A stretch of DNA of 64,000 nt from Macrostomum lignano (taxonomy: Eukaryota): contig NIVC01000725.1 in the NCBI GenBank assembly GCA_002269645.1, forward strand, positions 248,296-312,295, given 5' to 3'. A program made the translations under genes and the position numbers. Under the pieces are notes generated by a model that saw only the letters and a program-made list of their open reading frames with translations, was not told the DNA's origin and searched no databases. This document shows, piece after piece, positions 30,031-40,227 of this stretch. Positions within the stretch are counted from its first letter, which is position 1, and every line of letters starts with the position of its first letter.

Positions 30031-30290
30031 GATCTTTTCATTCAATCACATACTTGGATATTAGTTATGAAGGTTATCAAAACAATTATTTGTGTAATTC
30101 TTCGCTACTGTATCTGAAGCTATTAAAACTACTATGTAGTATATTATTATGCTACTTGAAGTAACCTGAGCTGGACATACTTTCAGATCGGGTGGGTGGC
30201 CTTAAAAGGACAGAGGTCCAAACATGGGGCCGCCGGCAAAGACGCAGCTGATGCCTTTAATGCCATCAAGAATTAAGGAACTGAACTTAG

Positions 30291-30547
30291 CACGTGAAAT
30301 AAAACCTGAGCAATATCTCACGTGCTTTCTCTCTATTCTATTTAGAATTGCTAGCAATAAAACAAGTAGGTGGGTCAGCCTCCATTGTCCCAGGCTGCTC
30401 TCTCAATGCACAGCTTTGAGTGTGAAGCTGCTGCAGGGTCACAAGAGCTACAATTCCATCTCAGTGCCCGCACGTGTTCGTGAGGCTTTCGTGGCAAAAC
30501 AAGCTGCTTCTTGCTTGACACGTGAAATAAAACAGAGTTTATATAAA
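30291..30547 (+). promoter_or_regulatory. Putative promoter of the secreted-peptide gene: four CACGTG E-boxes and a TATA box
   Basis: CACGTG at 30291, 30319, 30471 and 30519, two of them as CACGTGAAATAAAAC. TATAAA at 30542-30547, 90 nt upstream of ATG 30632. Confidence 0.55.
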
Positions 30548-30631
30548 GCGGTGCAGCTGTGAGCCCCAAGCAAGGCAGACAGACAGACACTGCATAGTCA
30601 GACACGACCTGAGCAAGTCGAAAGCCAAAAC

Positions 30632-30847
30632 ATGAAGTGGCAGTTCTTCCTGACCTTCCTATTTTGCCTCTCCATCGCTGCTGTTCAAATCTCAGCCTCC
30701 GAGCAGCTGGATGATGACGAGTCCGACAACTACCTGGTCGAGTCGGAGGCTGACGAGCTCAGCGACCTGCCGGCCCCGGAGAACGTGGAGGAGTCCAACT
30801 GGGATGAGCAGGCTGCTCCCCAGGCAAAGGCCCGGATCGGGAAATGA
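30632..30847 (+). CDS. Small secreted prepropeptide, 71 aa: signal peptide, acidic region, C-terminal ...KARIGK-stop
   Basis: AAAACATG start context, a hydrophobic signal peptide (MKWQFFLTFLFCLSIAAVQISA), an Asp/Glu-rich segment, GC3-rich codons like the other genes here, and an upstream TATA box. I recognise no homologue. Confidence 0.75.
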   Translation: MKWQFFLTFLFCLSIAAVQISASEQLDDDESDNYLVESEADELSDLPAPENVEESNWDEQAAPQAKARIGK

Positions 30848-31186
30848 ATCCTGAGCCCGAAGACCTTTTATCAGTTTAACTCGAAATGCGAGTGGGGAAT
30901 GTTATCAAGATTTTTTCTGTGTGTGAATCTTTTTGTTGAATAACTTTTTCAATGTTAGCCTATGCATTAACTTTTATTGACTAAACTGCGGTACCATCGA
31001 CTGGAGTAGCAAATGTAGTTAGCTAAGTAAAGTTATGCTATCAATAATCACAAACTTAGTGATTTTTTAGATCACCAAAAGATCTTATAAATACACACGA
31101 AAATTTACTTTGAATATATGTCTGACAAAAATGATGCAGGCATTGCTTTGGTGCCTTGATTACTTTTTGCCTTTTATTGGCACCTA

Positions 31187-31450
<264 letters not shown>

Positions 31451-31657
31451 TGTTAATTTTTTTCTGGTAGACGAAAGTGTCTTACAGAGTGTTACAATGT
31501 ATTTTTATATACTGTAATCATAGTGCTTTGGGCTGTGTTTTCTGATAGACAATGCTATCTTGTAATGATTACATGTATCAGTGGCAGTGGCGTTGTATTG
31601 TAGTGTCTTTATTGCGGGATCACATTGTCTCACTGTTCCATTTGCTCCCCACTGCAG

Positions 31658-31912
31658 ATCAGCCACTATGACACGAGTCGCGGTGTCATCTCATACAACA
31701 GCTCAAGCCGGCACTTCAGCTCGCAGGGCTTGGAACTGGTTGCCACCTATATTGAACTTCGAATCTCGCCGAATTCAATGATAAAGTTTGTTGAATTCGG
31801 CGCCTCCACCGGAGACATGCGGTTGCTGTTTCGGTACAAAGGCGTCAGCTTGGTTTTCCCGAACACTTTCATGGGATTTAAGAACGAAACGATAATTTCT
31901 TGCTCGCCAGAG
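31658..31912 (+). CDS. Candidate orphan internal exon (85 codons, phase 0-0), product unknown
   Basis: Pyrimidine tract plus CAG acceptor at 31657, open frame ISHYDTSRG...IISCSPE, GAG|GTACAC donor. Partner exons were not identified. Confidence 0.4.
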
Positions 31913-31951
31913 GTACACCGTTATTTTATTAGCAGTGAATAGTTACTTAGG

Positions 31952-32318
31952 CAGGCTGTCGCTTACGACAGAAAAGCTCCACTCGTAACAGCCAATGTGG
32001 CAGCCAGAAATACAGAATTTTTGTTTGAGGTTGTTTTTTCTATACAGGCTATTACATGAGACAACATCAGCTTGTCTGAAAGACTTCTTAAATGGCTCAA
32101 TATTTTTGTCAGTTTATATAGTTTTACATGAAGACGCGTCTGAAGAGGAGACATGAAAGCCAGAGGAGACTGAATAGTTTTACATGAAAACCTCGATGGT
32201 TGCTATGTAAACCTCTTCACTTTAAAGTCACTTTAAAGTTTGAAGTGACCCTCGGGCTGGATAGATGGCTTCGCAGGCCGCATGTGGCCATCGAGACGGA
32301 GTTAGTTGCCAAACCCTG
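31952..32318. mobile_element. Possible decayed hAT-type MITE
   Basis: CAGG...CCTG ends with a partial inverted match. The right end CGCAGGCCGCATGTGGCC...TTGCCAAACCCTG resembles hAT MITE ends. ACTTAG occurs on both flanks, but there is no clean 8-bp TSD. Confidence 0.3.
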
Positions 32319-32689
32319 ACTTAGATGAAGCAGTTTAGAGCTGTTTTAAATTTTAATAAAAATATAATTCAATAAATGCGAGATACCTGAAGCCACGATG
32401 GGCTGCCCGCTACCTGTGGGAGGAACAGACCATGGAGTATGAAACAAAGGAATCTAGAATGTGTGGCCGGGCAGGCGGTAATTGATTATTTTTAAAGTTT
32501 CAATTGGCATTTTAAATTCTAGATAGATAAGCTTTGTAAAAATTGTGCTACTGGGCATCTCTTTTGGAATTAAAGCGCAGATACTACTAAAGTGAGTAGG
32601 ATAAAAATCTTATATTTTAGGCTTTGTTTGGTTTGGATTTGAGATTTTTCTAAGTGAAAGACAGTTAAAAAGATTGATCCATAGGGCTA

Positions 32690-33020
32690 AGTCTGTCTCA
32701 GTGTCTGCTTTGTTCCTGTCTGTCTCAGTGTCTGCTTTATTCCTGTCTGTCTCAGTGTCTGCTTTGTTCCTGTCTGTCTCAGTGTCTGCTTTGTTCCTGT
32801 CTGTCTCAGTGTCTGCTTTATTCCTGTCTGTCTCAGTGTCTGCTTTATTCCTGTCTGTCTCAGTGTCTGCTTTGTTCCTGTCTGTCTCAGTGTCTGCTTT
32901 ATTCCTGTCTGTCTCAGTGTCTGCTTTATTCCTGTCTGTCTCAGTGTCTGCTTTGTTCCTGTCTGTCTCAGTGTCTGCTTTGTTCCTGTCTGTCTCAGTG
33001 TCTGCTTTGTTCCTGTCTGC
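32690..33020. repeat. 27-bp minisatellite TCTGTCTCAGTGTCTGCTTTGTTCCTG
   Basis: About 12 near-perfect units. Confidence 0.93.
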
Positions 33021-33894
33021 CCGTCTGTCTCTATCTATCAGAGTTAAACAAGTGAGACGAACTTGGCGGGCCAGAGGCCGCCTACTCCGTGCTAAATAAA
33101 GGCACCTAAACCGGGGGCACGTGACCTAGGCACGGCCCACCACCCCGCACCAACGCACAAGAGCCACGCCCCACTGGATTAACACCCAACCACGCTACGC
33201 CCGATCGGACAAGCAAATTCGCAAGCAAAGCACAATCGAACACCAAAAATAGGAGCATTACGATGCAATAAATTGGTCTCAACAAAAATCTGACATCTAC
33301 TTGAAGCACAAAACCAGTCACCAGCATAAACCGTCTCTCTGTCTTTGTATTTGAGTTATTGCACACCGCCCTATAAATTTTCACCTTGGAGAATACAAAG
33401 CCAAATATACATACGCAAAATGAGGACAACTTTTCGTTATGAACTAGGGGAAACTCTTCAGCAAAGTCGTTTAGGAAATTTGAAACTCAAGCAAGTTTGA
33501 TGTTATCATTTTTAAACTAGACAAATCATCGCAAAAATTTCCTGGATTCTTTTTGAACATTTAGTACGTTAAACAGACAAAGAAACCAAAGCGTGAACTG
33601 AGACAAAATGCAAGTCTGGCAGAGCAAAAACTGAATTACAAACAAGTTAACAACATAAATTATTAAAGCAACACAATTTTTCCTGCTTCAGAATAAAATA
33701 AGGCGGCAGAGTATGAAATTTGAGGATACAGAGAATTTATGAGTAATAAAATACATCACTGCATAGATCAGCTGACTGCAGGTTTAAAATATTTTTTTAG
33801 GACGTTGAACGAAAGAATCGAGTTCATATGTTGGTGACACGGGGTTGACACGACTCTCCGAGTCTCGACGGATAGAGAGTTAACGGCCTGATAA

Positions 33895-34250
33895 GGAGCT
33901 GGATTGTACATTGGGAGTAAGGAGGCTGACGGCTTAGGAAGGAGTGTGAATGTACATTGGGGGCAAGAGGGTTGATGGCCCAGGAAGGAATTTGAATGTA
34001 CATTGGGGGTAAGGATGGCCCAGGAAGGAGTGTGTGAATGTACATTGGGGGTAAGAGAGTTGACGGCCCAGGAAGGAGTGAATGTACATTGAGGGGTAAG
34101 AGGGTTGACGGCCCAGGAAGGAGTGTGTGTGAATGTACATTGGGGGTAAGAGAGTTTACGGCCCAGGAAGGAGTGTGATTGTTCATTGGGGGTAAGAGGA
34201 TTGACCGTCAGGGCTGGGAAGATGGGTGAGCGCAAGCGTACATTGGGGCA
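33895..34250. repeat. ~45-48 bp minisatellite AATGTACATTGGGGGTAAGAGAGTTGACGGCCCAGGAAGGAGTGTGTG
   Basis: Degenerate tandem units. Confidence 0.85.
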
Positions 34251-34413
34251 AAGAGCATTTGCACTCTAAAAGGATAACAAATAATAAACGGTGCAAGAAA
34301 CAACATGAAAACATAGGCACTACATGTATGAACTGGATAAAACAGAGACGAGTTGGAATTTAAAACTAGATTCTTTCGTTAAAAAAAACACGCGAATGAA
34401 TGAATGAATCTAT

Positions 34414-36684
34414 TTAGTTAATAATATTTCCGGCAATCTGTTGCGGCCCACCGCCGCTGCGTCCGTGCGCTTCAAAGCAACCCATCGGATAGGCGGCCAC
34501 AGTGCTATTAACCAGATTAACTAGCAGATCCAAGCAGCCTCTTAATCGAGTCTTGTGCTCGCTATGCAGCATTACAGTATAGCTGGTGTTGCGAAAGCTG
34601 GCGCACAATTCCAAGGCGGAACCGGCGCAGAGCACGGGCGGTCTGGCCGCCCCCAGTAGCTGTTCAACCACCACCGTACCGCTATTCGCTAGCACTATTC
34701 TAGTGCGCAATGATTTGCGATGAACCTCGTAACGAAAATCGATGCACACAGTCTGTTCGAGGCGGATTGGCCGGAGGGCTACGCGGGCGCAGCAATGGCA
34801 CAGTTCGGAGATGCTGCCGCACCGACAGCTGCCAGCGTTCGCGTCAAAGTCGGGCTGGATTGACACCATATAGGCCTTGATAGGGTGGGTTGTCGGGTGG
34901 CGCATTGGTCACGAGTGAGGACCAGTTCTGAGGCCATTGTTGGGGAGCGGATTAGGGGCGATTGTTGGGGAGCGGATTAGGGGCGATTGTTGGGGAGCGG
35001 AGTAGGGGCGATTCTTGGTGAGCGGAGTAGGGGCGATTCTTTGGGAGCGGATTAGGGGTGATTCTTGGTGAGGGCTGAGGGGCCATTACCGTGGAGCTAC
35101 TGAGGGGCGATTGTTCTGAAGCGGATTAGGGGCAGTTTTTGAGGAGCGGATTAGGGGCGATTGATGGGGAGCGGATTAGGGGCGATTGTTGGGGAGCGGA
35201 TTAGGGGCGATTGTTGGGAAGCGGAGCAGGGGCGATTCTTTGGGAGCGGATTAGGGGTGATTCTTGGTGAGGGCTGAGGGGCCATTACCGTGGAGCTACT
35301 GAGGGGCGATTGTTCTGAAGCGGATTAGGGGCAGTTTTTGAGGAGCGGATTAGGGGCGATTGTTGGGGAGCGGATTAGGGGCGATTGTTGGGGAGCGGAG
35401 TAGGGGCGATTCTTGGTGAGCGGAGTAGGGGCGATTCTTGGGAAGCGGAGTAGGGGTGATTCTTTGGGAGCGGATTAGGGGTGATTCTTGGTGAGGGCTG
35501 AGGGGCCATTACCGTGGAGCTACTGAGGGGCGATTGTTCTGAAGCGGATTAGGGGCAGTTTTTGAGGAGCGGATTAGGGGCGATTGATGGGGAGCGGATT
35601 AGGGGCGATTGTTGGGGAGCGGATTAGGGGCGATTCTTGGGGAGCGGATTAGGGGCGATTGTTAAGGAGCGGATTAGGGGCGATTGTTGGGGAGCGGATT
35701 AGGGGCGATTGTTGGGGAGCGGATTAGGGGCGATTCTTGGGGAGCGGATTAGGGGTGATTCTTGGTGAGGGCTGAGGGGCCATTATCGTGGAGCTACTGA
35801 GGGGCGATTGTTCTGAAGCGGATTAGGGGCAGTTTTTGAGGAGCGGATTAGGGGCGATTGATGGGGAGCGGATTAGGGGCGATTGTTGGGGAGCGGATTA
35901 GGGGCGATTGTTGGGGAGCGGATTAGGGGCGATTCTTGGGGAGCGGATTTGGGGCGATTCTTGGGGAGCGGATTAGGGGCGATTGTTGGGGAGCGGATTA
36001 GGGGCGATTGTTGGCGAGCGGATTAGGGGCGATTGTTGGGGAGCGGATTAGGGGCGATTGTTGGGGAGCGGATTAGGGGCGATTGTTGGGGAGCGGATTA
36101 GGGGCGATTCTTGGGGAGCGGATTAGGGGCGATTGTTGGGGAGCGGATTAGGGGCGATTCTTGTGGAACTACTGACGGGCGATTATTGTTGAGCTACTGA
36201 CGGGCGATTATTGTGGAGCTACTGACGGGCGATTATGCTACTTCAAGCCAGATTAGCATTCAATTTAACTGCTGTATTAATTATTTACCAGCGTCTTTTG
36301 CGCAGTCTTCTGCAGTTCCATCATCTGCATTGTATCAGCCAGCAGTTCTACTAGTCGGGCCTGAGACACATTGTAATTGAAAGCAAAATGTCTGGAAGCT
36401 GGTCCAATTAAGACTTGACCAGCGCCAATCAATGATGAGGCATTGCCCTTTAAATTTCCCCGCAGTTTATTGTAGAAAGCTTTGGCATAGCCTAGACGAG
36501 AAGAATCTGTATGACCATTGCTATTGGCGGCGTCAAGATCAGAATTGATGCTGCTGCCATCACTGGCCCCAATCCATGCATAATGCAGCATTATTAATGC
36601 CATTGCGCAGAGCAGAATGCACAGCAGAAAGTTTTGCTTGCAACAGAAGAAACGCTTGCAGCAACGAAAGCTTAAGCGAGGCAT
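34414..36684 (-). CDS. DUF4773-like Cys-rich domain protein with an N-terminal type II membrane anchor; exons 36684-36289 and 34854-34414
   Basis: Exon 1 has MPRLSF...FLLCILLCAMALIMLHYAWIG (signal anchor) and a phase-0 donor CTG|GTAAAT. Exon 2 has CRC...CHCC...VCIDFRY...RPPVLC...ELCASF...GCLDL...GCF, matching the cysteine pattern I recall for DUF4773 (recognised from memory, no HMM run). The acceptor choice is ambiguous (34854 vs 34927). Confidence 0.7.
34945..36170. repeat. 25-bp G-rich minisatellite GAGCGGATTAGGGGCGATTGTTGGG (intron of the DUF4773 gene)
   Basis: Tandem units with higher-order blocks. Confidence 0.93.
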
Positions 36685-38459
36685 TTCTTTGTTGTTTTGA
36701 AAGTTCACTGATAATAGAATTTTTTGATATTTCAGCCAAAGAGAAAGTTCATCCAGCAGTAGATTGGGGTTGGAAAAAAATTAACAAAAAGTAGCATTTA
36801 ACTTACAAAAATATATCAATCAATATATTAAACCTCCCTTTTGCAACTTTTGCATGCTTTATTAGAGTAGAATAACACAGGCATAAAAATGGTAGTAAGA
36901 AGCATAAAATAAAATATCAATTGGATATATATTAGTGTTTAGTCTAACTCATTACTCAATGTTATATTAAGACATAAAATAAAGAGATTTCAATGTTAGT
37001 TTTATACCTAAAACAAGACTTAATCTTTAGTGTTAATTTTATAATATCTTATGTGACAAGATCTAGATTATTAAAAGTTATCAAAACTTGAACTGAATAT
37101 CTAGAATTTTTTAACCTTTAAATACTTTATATGAGCAATAGCATATAATCTATATACTATACTAAAAATTGTTCGTCTGTCCATATGTGATTGATTGGTA
37201 ATCAGCCTTAAGACTAGTGCTTACTTCCATGTTAATCATTTTAGTAATAAGTAAAAACATAGGAATAGTCTCAATTTGGGAGAATTAACCATCCTAGAAT
37301 AAGAACATCTAGATTTAGAATCTAAGAACTTGTCTTAAGGCAAAAACAGAATATCTACTAGAGAATAAACTGTGACCTTCAAATCCTAAAATGCCTAGAC
37401 TAAGAAAGAAACCCTCAATAAGAGATTGAACTAGAGAATACTTTTAGAAATAGGATAAGTATAGTGCCATAAGACTGCTTAGGCCAATAATACAAAATAT
37501 GCCACTGATACACTTAGTATAAAGTAATAGTATTAAAAGTACATCAGAATATTATATCAAGGATAAATAAATAGAAAAAAGCAAACCCCTATGACAATTT
37601 TTATGATAGCTATGAGATTATTTTTAGAAGCCAAAACTAATACCCCTACTAAAACTAGTCAATGGTCATTTTGTCCTTAAACTGTTTTGGCCATGGACAT
37701 TTAATCCCCCAGACCATTTTGCCTATAGCCCATTTTGACAACTATTAGTAAGTGACAAATGGAATATTTAAAGACAATAAATAGCCCTATTATGTTATAA
37801 TATATATTTATCTATCTATTTACCAGTGAAAGGGCAATAATATTTACAAGGCAAGAATGTTATTATAAATATACTTGATTCAACAACCAAAAAAACATTT
37901 TAATTGTTAGTATTTATAACCTTGGCTTGGCTTGGCTTAGGTTTTTATATAATAGGGATAGTATATAATAATAGGCAGAGCTTATTCCTATAGTTTCATG
38001 ATAATAATAATATATCTACATGGTGCCATGCCGATATGATTCTGAGCTACTTATTGGCATAATAGTTAAATTATAGGCAATGGCTAGAGCTCTGGCACTA
38101 GATCTTGTTTTCTAGTGGCTATGGATCTAGCAGCGCATTCTGTAAGCAGTTATCTACTAATGAAGTCTGAATAATAAAATTAGGCCTATCTTGTTTTGAT
38201 TCTTATTATATTGTCTTGATCTCAATTTGAAGCAAATCTCAATATCTAGGCTAGGCTTACTATCCAATAAAAAGTATAAATAGTATTATGCTTCTGCTGG
38301 GCTTATAATATCCATAAAATATAATTGTAAGAATACTATTGTCAGATTCATAGCCATTAGGAAATGGGTTCTAGGGGTCCTAGTGCTAGAGCTCTAGCCA
38401 TAGCCTAAATTATAATAACTATACTATAGTATATGAGCCTAATACTCTTAGCATATGTT

Positions 38460-38822
38460 TATTATTTTATTAGAGGCAGGTGGGTTGTGTGCACCCTAAT
38501 GCACTTTAAGCGACATAGGCACACAACCAGCGAGAGGCATTACTGCCCATTCCGCCGACTCCCCTGAGCAGGCATACAAGCACGCGGATACGTACACAGG
38601 CACACACTCACACAGGAGTGTACAGCAGCCCTAACTTTATATTATTGTTAGGCATGTACACTTCACTGCGCCTTGGGGGGTTGGCTCTCAAGGCCACTAA
38701 TTGCACAAGCAGAGCCAAGCCGAGATTCCAATTCAGCCCCAAATTAATGTGACTGCACTTAGAATCGAGCCTGGGTCGCTGGCACACCTGAGCAGCTGCG
38801 CTACCGCTAGGCTATGGCCCCC
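38460..38822 (-). mobile_element. tRNA-derived SINE, full length
   Basis: The minus-strand head has an A-box-like TAGCCTAGCGG (38814-38804) and a B-box-like GGCTCGATTCT (38771-38761), with an A-rich tail. An exact 15-bp TSD CTCTTAGCATATGTT lies at 38445-38459 and 38823-38837. A related copy is at 59513-59735. Confidence 0.85.
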
Positions 38823-38928
38823 CTCTTAGCATATGTTATGTCTAACTATTTAAATGCAAAGTAGGTACAATCATCTCCCTATCCAAGACAAGGTCACATA
38901 CTTTGACATGATTATAGATAGATATATA

Positions 38929-40227
38929 CGAGGTCAGTCAAAAAGTAATGATAATTTTTTTGTACCGCCTAAAATATCAGAGTTATTGAACTGCAACTGG
39001 TTTCATTTGAAAAAAAACATCTTTTGATCTTTATTCGACAGAGTTTTGGTTCTTCTAAAGTGATTGATGCTTGCATGGTGACACTCTAATCATAGTATAT
39101 TCTTTAAGCAATGGAAAATTCAAAAATCGAAGCTCGTACTAACGTGAAATTTCTTGTATAGCTTGGTTGGAAGCCAGCCGAAATCATTGACGCTTTGAAG
39201 AAGGTCTATGGGGACATTGCTCTACTAGATCCAACCATTTACTGCTGGATTCAGGCTTTTAAGGAAGGCCAAGAGTCCACGGAAGACGCCTAGCGGTCGG
39301 GAAGGCCCACAACATCGCGCACAGGGGAAAATGTGGTAGCTGTGCAGCCAGTGATTGAGCTGGATTGGCGCGTGACCATAGACAATATTGCTGAAAAAGT
39401 GGGCATTGCTCATGGCAGTGCTCACTCCATTGTGATGGACTATCTTGGTCTGAGCAAGCTGAGTGCTTGCTGGGTCCCGCGGCTGTTGCGGCCTGAACAC
39501 CGGGTTCAATGCACTGAGTGCGCCATCAACCTGCTGAACCGCTTGGACGCTGATTCAGAAAACAGTTACCAGCGCTTAGTGACCGGGGATGAAACATGAA
39601 TATTTCAATACAATCTCGAGTCCAAGGTCCAATCCAAGGAGTGGCTGCCACGAGATTCAGCAGGCCCCAAAAAGTTCCATTCGGAACGGTCTGCAGCGAA
39701 GGTCTTGGCAACAATTCTCTGGGATGTTGAGGGAGTGGTGACGGTGGACTTCTTGGAAAGCCAGAAGACCATCAATGCCACCTATTATGAGTCGCTTCTG
39801 TAAAAGCTCCGCACCAAACTGGCCAAAAAGCAACATGGCAAGTTGCACCTTGGGATTCTCTTTCACCACGACAAAGCACCAGCTCACACTTCTCGGCTCT
39901 GCCATGAAGCCCTGCGAGATTTCTGCTGGGAAATCCTCCAGCATCTTCCATATAGCCCTGGTTTGGCTCTTTCAGACTTTTTTGCTTCCCAAGCTAAAGG
40001 AAGCAATCAAAGGAGTCCAAGATGAGGACAAAGAGGCTGCCAAAAAGGCTACTGTACAGTGGCTTGCATCATAGCCTCCTGAGTTCTACGCAAATGGCCT
40101 GGAGAGATGGCGACACTGCATGGAGAAGTGCCTGACCCTGGAGGGGGACTATGTTGAAAAGTAAATTTCCATTTAAAGTTTGAGACTTGTGAGAACAAAA
40201 TTATCATTACTTTTTGACTGACCCTTG
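38929..40227 (+). mobile_element. Mariner (Tc1/mariner, DD34D) DNA transposon, ~1.3 kb, inactive
   Basis: TIRs CGAG-GTCAGTCAAAAAGTAATGATAATTTT and its inverted copy ending at 40227, flanked by TA on both sides (38927-28, 40228-29). Confidence 0.92.
39111..40164 (+). pseudogene. Mariner transposase pseudogene
   Basis: MENSKIEAR...WVPRLL...VTGDET...HHDKAPAH...YSPGLALSDF, with 34 residues between the second and third D. At least four in-frame stops and a frameshift near 39980. Confidence 0.92.
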
